A DNA stretch of 64,000 nucleotides. Source: Eledone cirrhosa (taxonomy: Eukaryota). The notes beneath the pieces are model-generated. The model ran no database searches, had not been told where the DNA came from, and worked only from the letters and a program-made list of their open reading frames with translations. Where the stretch lies: positions 114,328,001 to 114,392,000 of the forward strand of contig OZ024743.1 of NCBI GenBank assembly GCA_964016885.1. Reading direction: 5' to 3'. Position numbers and translations under genes: made by a program. Shown here in pieces: positions 1 to 12,867 of the stretch; position 1 is the first letter of the stretch, and every line of letters starts with the position of its first letter.

Positions 1-46
1 TAGACTTTCTCTCCTCTCCCAAAATGTATGATCTTGCACCAAAATT

Positions 47-290
47 GGGCGGTGGATTGGCAGCATCAGTAGAGCGCTGGACAAAATACTTTACGGTATT
101 TAGTTTCGTCTTTCCACGTTCTGATTTCAAATCCACGTTGCGTTTCATCCTTATGAGCTCAATAAAACAGAGTATTTACGTCTTTAATACTTCTGGGCTC
201 GATAAAATATCTGTTAAGTACAGGCATAGTTTTAATCGACTTCCTCTCCCCACAAAAAATTAATAGCCTTGTGTCTGAATTAGAAACCAT
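47..290 (+). mobile_element. tRNA-derived SINE, degenerate copy of the main family in this window
   Basis: Head GGCGGTGGATTGGCAGCATCAGTAGAG, B-box-like TTCAAATCC, core TTTCATCCTT, tail GCCTTGTG..TAGAAAC; matches the copies at 4295, 6133, 38616, 41825, 56184. Confidence 0.65.
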
Positions 291-361
291 TTTATATGTA
301 TGTAACATTGAACTTAATTATTGTTTATTTGCAGATGACATCTCCGAGTTATTTGTTGTTT

Positions 362-837
362 AAGTAACAACAATAGCATCAGAAATAATAACAACAACAA
401 GAGCAACAGCAGTAGCAACAACAACAATAGCAGCAAAAATAACAACAACAATAGCACCAGAAATAACAACAATAGCACCAGAAATAACAACAACAACAAG
501 AGCAACAACAACAACAACAGCACCAAAAATAACAAGAGCAGCAACAGTAGCAACAACAACAACAACAACACCAACAGCACCAAAAATAACAACAACAACA
601 ACAAAAGCAACAACAACAACAACAACAACAACAACAAAAATAACAACAACAGCAGCAACAACAATAGCAACAACAAGAACAGTTGCAACAACACGAACAA
701 GAACAACAGCAGCAACAGTAGCAACAACAACAGCTGCAGCAACAGCAGCAGCAACAGTAGCAACAACAATAGCACCAAAAATAACAACAACAACAAGAGC
801 ATAAACAGTAACAACAAAAGCAACAACAACAACAACC

Positions 838-868
<31 letters not shown>

Positions 869-1137
869 AAGCAGCAGCAACAGTAGCAACAAACAATAGC
901 ACCAAAAATAACAACAACAACAACAAGAGCATAAACAGTAACAACAAAAGCAACAACAACAACAACAACAACAACAAAAGCAACAACAACAACAACAACA
1001 ACAACAACAAAAGCAGCAGCAACAGTAGCAACAAACAATAGCACCAAAAATAACAACAACAACAACAACAACAACAAGAGCAGCAACAGTAACAACAACA
1101 ACAACAACAACAAAAGCAGCAACAACACAACAACACA

Positions 1138-1168
<31 letters not shown>

Positions 1169-1180
1169 CAACAACAACAC
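362..1180. repeat. Compound (AAC)n/(AGC)n simple repeat with reiterated longer sub-units
   Basis: Direct reading; it explains the poly-L/V/C ORFs at 314-1229. Confidence 0.95.
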
Positions 1181-1565
1181 GAACGACATCTTTTTGCTTA
1201 TTTTTCATATCCGAATAATGCCGAGGCATAAAATCTCTCGTTTACCAAATCTCGTGACAATTTCTGTTTAACAGTAAATTCAGAAATTCTTTTTACTTTT
1301 AGAATGTTTTGTTTCGTTTTATTTATATAATATATATACCTACTTTATTCCTGGACAAGCGAATAGTTACGTATTCTCATGGCTTATGTAACTATTCAGT
1401 ATGCTAGAGTCTCAAGGGGTGGGGGGATGTTGCACTGGAGACCAGTCTCTTCTTTTTGATGTTTCGCGAAGTTAATTTGGAAGAATGAATACTATAAACT
1501 TTTTATTATTACTGTTTGGTTGTTTATTGATACTTGTGTCATTATTGTCTTTGTAAGGATGGTGT

Positions 1566-1659
1566 TTAGAGTGAGGAAGAGAAGAAAGGAAATAGAAAGA
1601 TAGATAAGACAGAAAGAGAAAGAGTTTGAGAGTGAGTGAAAGAGAGAGAGAGAGTGAGT

Positions 1660-1743
<84 letters not shown>

Positions 1744-1958
1744 GAGAAGATTGAGGAAGGAAGAGAAAAGAGAGGAAGAGAAAAGAGAGAGGAAGAGAAA
1801 AGAGAGAAAGAGAGGAAAATGAAAGAAAACGAAAAGAGAAAGAAATGAAGCCAGCAAATGTCTGTTCGCGTCTTTATGTGAGTGTGTGTGCTCATTCGTG
1901 TGTCTGTGTGTTCGTATGTGTGTGTTCATGTGTGTGGTGTGTGTTCGTGTGTGTTCGT

Positions 1959-1990
<32 letters not shown>

Positions 1991-2130
1991 TCGTGTGTGA
2001 GTGTGTGTGTTTGTGTGTTCGTGTGCGTGAGTGTTCGTGTGTGAGTGTGTGTGTTCGTGTGTTCGTGTGTGTTCGTGTGTGTCCGTGTGTGTGTCTGTGT
2101 TTGTCTGTGTGTCTGTCTCTCTCTCTTTCT
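1566..2130. repeat. (GA)n purine tract followed by a (GT)n/GTTC tract
   Basis: Direct reading. Confidence 0.95.
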
Positions 2131-2369
2131 CTACAATACTGCTGTTGTTAAAAGAAATGTGTTTCATCTTCATATATATTTGTATTAACTATAATTTGTA
2201 AGTTCACTGCACCTACTTATGTATATATGGTGTGGTATGGTTCCATAATGGAGTTGTAGGGCCGCTGTAGTGGCATACGGCGTTTCCTAGGCATTTTAAA
2301 GCCCAGCGGAGCTCATCTCTTACAGATCTGAACACAGAGGGAGATTGAGTGTGAGTGAAAGAAAGTGAG

Positions 2370-2550
2370 AAAGAGCCATAGATGAAGAATTAACCCCAGT
2401 ACTAGACTGGTACTGTTTTATTGACACCGAAAGGATGAAGGCAAAGTTGACCTCCGTGGATTTGATCTCAGAAAGAAGAGAACGAATACCGCAAAGAATC
2501 CTATCCGACGAATACCGCAAAGAATTCTAACAACTCTGCCAATTAGCCGT
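2370..2550 (-). mobile_element. tRNA-derived SINE, reverse orientation
   Basis: GGATGAAGGCAAAGTTGACCTCCGTGGATTTGATCTCAG is the reverse complement of the SINE core and B-box. Confidence 0.7.
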
Positions 2551-2552
2551 CT

Positions 2553-3260
2553 TGTTGTGTGTCTATACATATCTTCTTCGTCCACTTATTCCTGAGAGGG
2601 TCATTGGGGCAAAGTCCTCAAACACTTCTTCCAGCGGGTCCTGTGAGAAGCAACCATCTCCAACTGATCTGACTGGATCCCCAAGCGTGACCAGCCAAGC
2701 TGATGGATGTTATTTAACCATCTTGCTCGGTGTCTACTCCTGGGTGTCTTGCCGGTTGGTTTTGCTCGTAAAATCTTTCCAACGATTCTTTCCTGAGACA
2801 TTCTAACCACATGATCATAGTATCGGAGCTGTGATTTCTGATTGGGAACAGTAGCGACTCTACCTGGAGTGACTCTGATCTCCGAGTTACGCACTTTATC
2901 ATGTAACGTTACTTCAAAGACCTTTCGGAGCAATCCCATTTCGGCCGCTTGTATTCGCGATCGTATGATTTCGGTCTTTATCCAAGATTCATGACCATAT
3001 GTAAGGGTGGTACGAATTCAGGATTGAAAACTGGATTTTACGCCTACACCCCTTCCTCTGATTACTGAATGCTGAAGTTGGTGCATTACTGTATCAGCTC
3101 CTGCAATTTTTGCACTTAATTCAACCTCCTGCCCTCCATAACTCGAGAACAGGGCCCCTTGAGAGGACGAGTGTCTCAGTTTTCGCAGCACTGATTTTCA
3201 TTTCAGCTATCCAGCACTCAGCATAAAACCTATCGAATGCAAGTCGAAGATCATCTAATG
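2553..3260 (-). pseudogene. RTE-clade LINE ORF2 3' fragment (RT C-terminus), frameshifted
   Basis: ORF 2601-2939 reads HDKVRNSEIR...LRYYDHVVRMSQERIVGKIL...GKTPRSRHRARW, the typical RTE C-terminal pattern (LRW.GHV.RM...R.RGRP..RW). Confidence 0.8.
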
Positions 3261-3804
3261 ATACTGCATATCCACCACGCTGGTGACATATCTAATACAA
3301 TTAATATATAATGACGTTGTTCTATCAGATAACTAGATATTTATTCGTCGAATCTTTCGAGAGATCTGATTCTTCCTTCCTTCAATCCTTCTTTAATCCT
3401 TCCATGCTTCCTTCCGTCTTTCATTCATTCATTCGCCCATTCCTGTGTTTATGGATGCAGCATGGGCGACAGGTTTAGAAGTTCGTTTCACAGTTGTTTT
3501 GTCTCAGGTTCTGTTCCATTGCGTGACATCATAGCCTCGGGTCAACCCATGCTTTCTGTATGAAACTAGGTAGTCGTAAGCCCACCAGATGGACTGTACC
3601 TATCATTCGAAGGATCAGCCTTGTCACACAATGAGAACTACGTGATGGGGACACGTGCTAATAGAATGCCCTCTCTCTTGCACGTTACGTTAATTTCACA
3701 AGTAGACTGTATCGTTGATCATATCAACTGGAACACCCGTGGAAGTCGACGGAGGGCCAAAACAGCCGGACACAGTTGTAGTGGAAGAGAGAGAGAGAGA
3801 AGAA

Positions 3805-3832
3805 GCTACTACTACTGCTACTATTACTACTA

Positions 3833-3923
<91 letters not shown>

Positions 3924-3935
3924 AGCAGCAGTAGT
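3805..3935. repeat. (TAC)n/(TGC)n microsatellite
   Basis: Direct reading. Confidence 0.95.
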
Positions 3936-4294
3936 GGTGTTGGTGATGTTTATTATGACAGGTATATACCAGTAATGATAAGCCTAAGGTAAGAAGAAAA
4001 GTCTACTACACCAGATATGTAGATGTATAGACGAAGCGAATATGTTGGCACAATCCCTGAAGCCTCATGTTGTCTAGAAAGGAAACAATATTGTTTCTTT
4101 TTAGTTTTAGTTTTGTGGAGATTTACGGTTATTTTATTTGTTGCTGATGTTGTTTAAGTTGTTGTTTGTTGCCGCCATTTTTATTGTCTGATATCGTTTT
4201 TGTCACGGTATTGCTTGTGTCAATACTTGTTGTAGCAGCTTTGACTGTTGTCATTGTGAATGTATTTTGATGTTTGCTGTGATTATTTGGTAAA

Positions 4295-4510
4295 GGGCGG
4301 TGGATTGGCAATATAGGTAGAGCATCGGACACCATGCTTTGTAGCCAAGATTACACCCCTTTACGTTCAGGGTTCAAACCCCGCGAGTTTAGATTTGCCT
4401 TTCATCCTTACGGGGTCGATCAAATAAAGTACCAGTAACGTACTGGGGTCGTTTAATTGACTTTCCTTTCCTTCCAAATTGATGGTCTTGTATCTAAATC
4501 AGAAACCATT
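4295..4510 (+). mobile_element. tRNA-derived SINE
   Basis: A-box-like TGGCAATATAGG, B-box GGTTCAAACCC, core TTTGCCTTTCATCCTTACGGGGTCGATCAAATAAAGTACCAG; from memory the core resembles the Meta/MESC SINE domain. Confidence 0.85.
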
Positions 4511-4534
4511 ACGTGGTAAAGATGCTGCCGTAGT

Positions 4535-4990
4535 GTTTGGTGTTGTATTTGTTGTTGTTGCCATTGTGTTTATGGTTATTCTTATTGCGGTTATGGTTGT
4601 TATGTGGTGGCTGTGCTTGTTGTTGTAGTGTAGTTGTTGTGGTTGTTGTTATTGCGGTTGGGGTTAGCGTGGCTGTTGAATTTTGGAGCTGTCATGTGGC
4701 AGTTGTAGTTGTTGCCGTGGTTGTGGTGGTTGCGTTTGTTTTTGTCGTGGTTCCTGTTGTGGTTGATTTTGTTATGGTTGTTGTGGTTGTTATAGGTTTT
4801 GTTGCGGTTACCTTGGTGATGGTTGTTGTTATCGTGGTTGTTGTTGCGGTTTCTGTTTCGCTTATAGTTGTTGAGAACGTTATGATAACGGTTGTTGTTG
4901 TTGTGGTTGTTGTGATGACGGTTGTTTTTAGTGTGGTCGTGGTTATTGATGTGGTTATTGTTGTTGCAGCTGTTGCGATTTTTGTTTTAT
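4535..4990. repeat. Degenerate (GTT)n low-complexity tract
   Basis: Direct reading; it explains the poly-Val ORF 4537-4995. Confidence 0.9.
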
Positions 4991-5686
4991 TTTAGGCGAC
5001 TATTTTGATTTGAGTCAGTCTACAGCTGAAGTTATTCTGTTTTATTAACAGCGCCACATAGTTATTTTATAGCGCCACATAGTTATGGACATTTCTAAAT
5101 ATTTTATAGCGCCACATAGTTATGGACATTTCTGAAATATTCTGGTGACGTTCAGAAAAGATGTGGAAAAATTAAAAAATTATTGTTTTTTGTTTTAGGA
5201 TTGTGTTCAATTTTTGTTATTTGTTTCGTATTTGTTACCAAGCACTGCAACTTGTACCCATAAATATTAATTTTCAAGTCAATAATGCAATTAGTGTCAA
5301 ATTAAAACAGGAACAATTAATTTCTGTGCAGTAGAACAAAATAATATTTAATTGCATACCGCATACTCACTTTCTGAAATATCGTCTGCAAAATTCATTT
5401 TATTAGTACAACGTCAGCATCCTCATCACTAAAATCACCATCATCTCCCACCGCTGTCGTGATTGTAACCGTCAACACAAATCAGGATGAAGATGGCGAC
5501 AATGACTACCAAATCCCAAGTCCTGCAGGCAATGCTGTACACTTTTTACAGTCTATAGAGGCTTATATGCCCAGCTTGTTCGACTAATATTCATAGTAAA
5601 AAACCTTGAAGCAGTTGAAGCAGTTACCATTTAAGTTAACATGCATTCGTAATTCGCTCAACTCTTCGCAAAATTACATTAGTTTA

Positions 5687-5778
<92 letters not shown>

Positions 5779-6132
5779 GTTAAACAATATTCAATGATTA
5801 TGTCAAAGAATGATATATATATATATATATATACATGGCGAGGAATTTGTTTTGCAAGGTTTTTTTTTATATGAAATCGTGTGTCGAAACAAATACTGTT
5901 ATAGTTGGGGAGGGTCATATTGTTATGATTTCTTCCAAATGAAACAGTTCTAGTTCTGTAGAAGCCATTTCTATATTACATATATATAAATATATATATT
6001 TAAAAGAACAACAATAACAACAAAACAATGATTACCAAGTAACCTACTTTTACCTTTCGTTACCTTGTCTTACAGTCCATTTTGCATTGTTTAGCCTACT
6101 ATCTCTTTCAACGTTATATATTATATACAATA

Positions 6133-6315
6133 CGGTGGATTGGCAGTATCAGTAGAGGGTCGGACGCCATGCTTTGACGCAAAGAGTTATGTCCGTTTAC
6201 GATCTTAGTTCAAATCCCGCCGAGGTTAACTTTGCCTTTCATCCTTACAGGTCGATAAAATAAAGTACCAGTAATGTATTGGTTAATTGCTGGCCTTGTG
6301 CCAAAAGTAGAAACA
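6133..6315 (+). mobile_element. tRNA-derived SINE with an approximately 20-bp target-site duplication
   Basis: Family head, core and tail are present; flanks are GTTATATATTATATACAATAC (6113) and GTTATATATTATATAAAATGC (6316). Confidence 0.85.
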
Positions 6316-6381
6316 GTTATATATTATATAAAATGCTTCAAGCAAACTATAACAATTTATTATATATATTTATGCTTATGC

Positions 6382-6415
<34 letters not shown>

Positions 6416-7437
6416 TAGTAATACACAAGCTATAATACGACGGCTGCAGCATACCCTAATCCGAATGGATTAGGGTATGGTTTCTCTCCCTCTCATCACT
6501 GTTGGCCATATTACGTTTATATCTATTTGCCCACACTTATTTAATTGGCCACCTTTCAAACTTTGCTACTATTTCATCCACTACTTTGGCCTCATAATCC
6601 GACACGTTATACTTTCTCTCGCATTGTACTAAGTATTCCCCATACAACTTTGACTATCGTACACTGGCTTTGCTCTTTTCTTATTTGCCTCGGCATTATT
6701 TCTTCACTTATTCTTCTAATTCCGATTGTGTGTCCTTGTGGTTAAGACCTTAATATATTTATCTCACTTCCCATAGGAACAAGCATTCAAAATGTTAAGC
6801 TTCTTGTCTTCCCCACAGCGTAACACTTGTTGAAAATATTGTATTACTTTTTCCGGATTCCTTTGTTTTATTATCTTAAATGATAACTTCGTAATTCCTA
6901 CTTTTTTTTTCAGTTTGTTAAATGTCACTGGTTATTTAACAGAACATTACTTCTATGGATAGCTAGGATTCCATTCCGCTAGCAATTGTACAGTGACTGA
7001 GCTTCTTTTCCAACTGACCTCACCCCGTCGCGAATCTCCTTTTTATTATCCAATTCCCACAAGCCAGCGCTCTGTTAACAAATATCAATAAATTCTTTCT
7101 GTTTACAGAATAAAAGAGATCTGGTTTGTGTATCAAACAGTGGAAGAGAAGGTCAGAAAGAAAGAAAGAGGGAGCGATAATAAAAATGAAAGGAAGGGAA
7201 AGAAGGAAACATAAAGAGAAGGAAAGGGAAAGAGAGAAATATAGAAATACTAATACTGGCACAAAAGTGTGGATAGGAAATTCAGATCTCAGCTACATGG
7301 TTTCGAGTTTGACACCAGTGTGCGCCAGTTGGCGCAAGTGGATCGCATTACTCTTTCCTCATAGTTTCGGTTCTATCAAAGCTTTGTGAATGAAACTTCT
7401 TATACTTATACTCACGCACATACCTCCTCACATACAA

Positions 7438-7498
<61 letters not shown>

Positions 7499-7532
7499 TA
7501 AAATGATAAAAAAGGTGTCTGAAAAGCGCACC

Positions 7533-7583
<51 letters not shown>

Positions 7584-7589
<6 letters not shown>

Positions 7590-8363
7590 AAATTTCTATT
7601 TAAAATTGTTGGGATACAACAAGTAAATATTTTTATAACTGATATAAAGCACTCGACAAGTATTTGGAGTAGATATACGATATTAATAAATGGAAACTAT
7701 ATTTATAAAACCATATTTATTTCATTATACATATTTCAGGGATACCAAATTAAATTATGGTATGCCTTCATCAGGCAAAATACAATATATAACAGTTTTA
7801 CAAATAATCTTTGACGTACCCTATTAAAATGCAACCATTGTTTTTGGAAGTCATCCGGATAGTGAATTGTTTATATAACTTTAATAAGTCATACAATTAG
7901 AAAAAGACGGAGAGACAGAAAAAGACGGAGAGAAAGAAAAAACGTGGAGAAATATCGGAGAGAGAGATGCATGGAGAAAAAAAAAAGAAAGAGATAAGTA
8001 AAGACAGGAGGAAAGGAAGAAAGAAGAAAAAAGGAAGACATAAGAAAAACAGAGGAAAGCAACAGAGAGATATTAAGTCAACAGACAGATAGAAAAACTC
8101 AAGAGAGAGAAATGTTATATAGAGAGAGAGGAAGATTATGAAAACTTTACGTCATGTCATATTAAGTTGAGTTAACAATTCATATGAAATGAATAATAAA
8201 AATATAAATATTAATATTCATGAATGGGACATAGATACATAATATGAGAAATTAAACATTGTTTAATAATGACTATATGTTTAGTTTAAACCTTGAGATC
8301 AATATACCAAAATTTGGGTTTAATCTCCAAAATGTACACATTTCTAGAGAAAGACACACAAAT

Positions 8364-8396
<33 letters not shown>

Positions 8397-8738
8397 CGCA
8401 CGGCCTGAAAATAGAAATTATATTTACTCAAGTCAAGAATATAGACATATAAAGCGCAGACGATTTCTCTTAATCATTGCTATACATTCGTTGTGTTATG
8501 AGAAGTTCACAGTATATATAAATTTATAAACATACATATATACGATTAACATTCATGACTTCGTATATATGATTAGCATTCATGTATTTAACAATTCTGC
8601 AATGCAAACTGCGTGGTTATGCAACATAACTTTTACCCACACATATACACACACATATATACATATATACCTATATATGTATAAATAAATATCTGCGTGC
8701 GTCATCAGGCATCGCTCATGTATACATACAGATATATG
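7584..8738 (-). repeat. Inverted pLTR copy of PLE1
   Basis: Reverse complement of about 8983-10046 and about 13057-14116. Confidence 0.9.
7713..7788 (-). ncRNA. Type I hammerhead ribozyme (inverted pLTR of PLE1)
   Basis: Reverse complement of the motif at 9841-9916. Confidence 0.8.
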
Positions 8739-10046
8739 TTCTTTTGACTAAATTGATATGGTTGTATTTCCAAAATATAATCCTTTAGTATTTTAAATTT
8801 ATATTGGTATAATTATATTTCCAAAATATAATCCTTTAGTATTTTAAATTTATATTGGTATAATTATATTTCCAAAGTATAATCCTTAGTAATATATTGA
8901 TATTTGATTATCTCTATACAAAAGTATATGTGTGTATTAACATGCATATAAAAGTGTTATAGGTTTTTTATGATTGCACATATGTCTGTATGTATACATG
9001 TGCGATGCCTGATGACGCACGCAGATATTTATTTATACATATATAGGTGTATATGTATATATGTGTGTGTATGTATATGTGGGGGTAAAAATTATGTTGC
9101 ATAACCACGCAGTTTGGATTGCAGAAATGTTAAATGCATGAATGCTAATCATATATACGAAGTCATGAATGTTAATCGTATATATGTATGTGTATGTATA
9201 CTGTGAACTTCTCATAACACAACGAATGTATAGCAACGATTAAGAGATATCGTCTGCGCTTTATATGTCTATATTGTTGACTTGAGTAAATATAATTTCT
9301 ATTTTCAGGCTGTGCTTATATATATATATATATAAACATATAGTCATTATTAAACAATGTTTAATTTCTCATATTATGTATCTATGTCCCATTCATGAAT
9401 ATTAATATTTATATTTTTATTATTCATTTCATATGAATTGTTAACTCAACTTAACATGACATGACGTAAAGTTTTCATAATCTCCCTCTCTCTCTATATA
9501 ACATTTCTCTCTCTTGAGTTTTTCTATCTGTCTATTGACTTAATATCTCTCTGTTGCTTTCCTCTGTTTTTCTTATGTCTTCCTTTTTTCATCCTTCTTC
9601 CTTTCCTCCTGTCTTTACTTATCTCTTTCTTTTTTTTTCTCCATGCATCTCTCTCTCTCTCCGATATTTCTCCACGCTTTTTCTTTCTCTCCGTCTTTTT
9701 CTTTCTCTCCGTCTTTTTCTAATTGTCCTTAACACTATGACTTATTAAAGTTATATAAACAATTCACTATCCGGATGACTTCCCAAAACAATGGTTGCAT
9801 TTTAATAGGGTACGTCAAAGATTATTTGTAAAACTGTTATATATTGTATTTTGTCTGATGAAGGCATACCATAATTTAATTTGGTATCCCTGAAATATGT
9901 ATAATGAAATAAATATGGTTTTATAAATATAGTTTCCATTTATTAATATCGTATATCTACTCCAAATACTTGTTGAGTGCTTTATATCAGTTATAAAAAT
10001 ATTTACTTGTTGTATCCCAACAATTTTAAATAGAACTTTTGCATAT
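8739..10046 (+). repeat. 5' direct pLTR of PLE1
   Basis: Near-identical to 12868-14116, but lacks about 80-90 bp around 9333 and has a local duplication at about 8770-8870. Confidence 0.9.
9841..9916 (+). ncRNA. Type I hammerhead ribozyme
   Basis: TATTTTGT-CTGATGA(9855)-AGGCATACC..GGTATCCCT-GAAA-TATGTA-TA-ATGAAATA: stem I, core, stem II, quasi-palindromic stem III. Confidence 0.85.
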
Positions 10047-10091
10047 ACTCTGCTCCTGTATTGTTGAGCGCTTTACATTACAACTGAAAAA

Positions 10092-12321
10092 ATGGAATTC
10101 TTTAAGATCTCTTCTTCTCTAAAAGACATACCTCTACCTAGGAACAAAGATTTTATTAAACAATTAATAGAAAAATCAGACTCTTTTATAAGAAGAATCA
10201 GGTGGCGTGCTTTCCACTTTGATAAATCTAATCTAAATTTAAATATTTCAAATCTGGATAAAATTTTCAAATCTAAAAAAAAATCCACCTCCCACAAACT
10301 ACCAATAGATTTTGAAAATGATATCGTATCCATCATCCAAGGCATCAAATTCAAAAAGAACTTCAAAGGCCAGGATTACCTAAGGAGTATTAAGGATAAT
10401 ATTGAAAATTTGGAGAAAACAGAGAAAATTCTGGTGAAGTCGGTCACAACTAATAATCTGTATGGAATAGAAAAGGACATGTATAACGACCTTATATTGA
10501 AAGAACTAAGGAAAAAGTACAAGGTAGCAAATAAGGACGAACTTGAAAAACTGAATACAGATGCATCTTGTATAATGCATGAATTAGACATTGAGAATAA
10601 AACACAACCCTTCATGCCTAGGAAACCTAAGATCAATATGAAGGATCACAAAAGAAACTTTGAAAATGATTTACCAGTCAGATTAATTGCACCATCTAAA
10701 TCTGACCTGGGCAAACTTAGCAAAAATATTCTAGACAGGGTAATACAACAAATTAAAAACTTACCTAATTTATCTTACTTAAAATTATGGAAAGGGACTA
10801 GTGAGGTTATCGATTGGTTTAAAGAAATTAAATATAACTATAATAATAAGTTTATTCAGCTGGATATTGCTAACTACTACTCATCTATCACTCCTAATCT
10901 ACTGAATAAGGCACTAAATTACGTATTTAAACATACTGACCTAACTAGCAATGAAATGCACATTATATTATCGGCAAGGAAAACATTGATAGAATTTAAT
11001 AACCAACTCTAGACTAGGGCAGATAGAAATAATAATTTCGACATAACTATGGGATCATCAGACTCAGTTCAGGTAACGGACCTTGTGGGCCTATTTATAA
11101 TTAATTCGCTACATAGAAAAATCCCAGGTGTAACCGGAGGCTTATATCGTGATGACATGCTTTTACTTATACAAAATAATAGCTGTGAACTAAATAGGAA
11201 AAGAAAACAAATTATACAATTTTTTAATTACCATAATCTAAAAGTAGAAATAGAGAATAACCATAAAATAGTCAATTTTCTTGACGTAACACTAAATCTC
11301 AACACATGTCTTCATTATCCATTTCACAAACTAAATGAGAACTTGAATTATGTTAATTTTAACTCTAATCACCCCAGATCTGTTAAAAATACTATAGTGA
11401 ACTCTGTTCAAGAAAGAATTTCAAGAATTTCATCTAATAAAAATATATTTGATGAAAAAGCGCAGTATTACAACGAAGCGTTAGGTAGAGCTGGATATAG
11501 AAATGAAACTAAATACATTGATAATAATAATAATAAGCAAACTAACCAAAATAATAACAATTTGAATTATGGTAACAACTTTAGCAACTATAATAGAAAA
11601 CATTACAATAATTCCAAAAGCCGAAAAAGAAATAGAACTAGAAACATATTATGGTTTGCTCCCCCTTTGCTCACTAAATATTAAAACCCCTATTGCTAAA
11701 CTATTCTTTAAAGCTCTTGACAAACGCTTTCCTAGAACACATAAATATTACTCAATTTTTAATAGACACACTATAAAATTAACTTACTCGTCCACCAAAA
11801 ATTTAGCACAAAATATTAATAGAATTAATAATAGAAATTTAAAACCTAACCAAAATACCAATAATAACCCAAGCAATGTTCAATTGAATAACTGTAACTG
11901 TAGAAATAAATCTAACTGTCCGTTAAATAACAATTGCTTAGCTAAAAATGTAGTGTACAATTGTAATGTTAAAACTAATTTAAATTCGTTCAACTAAGTT
12001 GGTTCTACCTCGACTGAATTTAAATTTCGCTTCAATAATCATAAAAATTCTTTCACAGATCCAAACAAAAAATCTTCAACTTCGCTATCTAGCCTACTAT
12101 GGGACCTAAAAGGAGATAATGTTAAATATTCGATGACTTGGAATATTATTTCAAAAGCTACTCCTTTTAATTCCTCTTCAGAAAATTGTGATCTTTGTAT
12201 TGAAGAAATATTCTTTATTTTAAAGTCCAAAAATTCCCTTAATTTAAGGAACAATTTATTCAGTTGCTGCAGGCATAGATTGAACTCAACGTTTAAATAT
12301 AAATATAAATTTAAAATGTAG
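10092..12321 (+). pseudogene. PLE RT + GIY-YIG endonuclease polyprotein, disrupted (stop 11010-11012, frameshift near 11668, stop 11995-11997)
   Basis: N-term SLKDIPLP..LIEKSDSFIRRIRWRAFHF; RT motifs QLDIANYYSSI, MGSSDS, GLYRDD, NFLDV; linker CNCRNKSNCPL; VVY..(Y)VGST; C-term CDLCIEE..LNLRNNLFSCCRH, a Naiad-type pattern. Confidence 0.92.
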
Positions 12322-12867
12322 TATAATTAATTAAGTATTTTAGTTAATATATAAAACCTGTCGATAAATCATTAGATTCCTTCACCTTTTTATTTTAAAC
12401 TTTCTTCCTAAATATAAACATAGATATAATAAACTACTTTAAAACGTCTACACTTACAATATCTTAAATAAAATATACGTAGGATAAATTTCTATACTAA
12501 ATATAAAGATATCTGTAGAATCCTTAGTTTTTTAAATCTTTTAAATTTTTGAATTTTGAAAATGTTTTAAATTCTTTTTGAAATTTTTTGAAGTTTTTAG
12601 ATCTTTAAAATTTTTAAATTTTTATATTATATTGATATAATATTTATTTAACTTCTATTTAATTTTATTTTTATTTATTTTTATTAGTTTTGCTTTGATT
12701 CTGATAGCTTCTCATAATTCTCATAAGTCTACCCTTTCAATATCTTGATTGAAATATAAGTAGGATAATTTTCTATACTAAATATATGAAACATATTATT
12801 GTAACTTAAGATACTCTATAGTGTTTTAAAGATATTTAATGCTTTGACATTTCTAGAATTCGTTTGT

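Noticed and set aside
314-1229. Long poly-Leu/Val/Cys ORFs
   Set aside because: Translation of the (AAC/AGC)n simple repeat; open in all three frames
4295-4385. tRNA genes at SINE heads
   Set aside because: A/B boxes only; no cloverleaf, and they continue into the SINE core
9005-9035. Second CTGATGA in the PLE1 pLTR (also at 13086)
   Set aside because: No stem II-GAAA-stem III follows
11010-11997. In-frame stops in PLE1 as selenocysteine or readthrough recoding (reported for some Naiad elements)
   Set aside because: The stops are TAG and TAA, not TGA, and PLE2 has Trp and Tyr at the same positions; the conserved Cys codons I read are TGT/TGC
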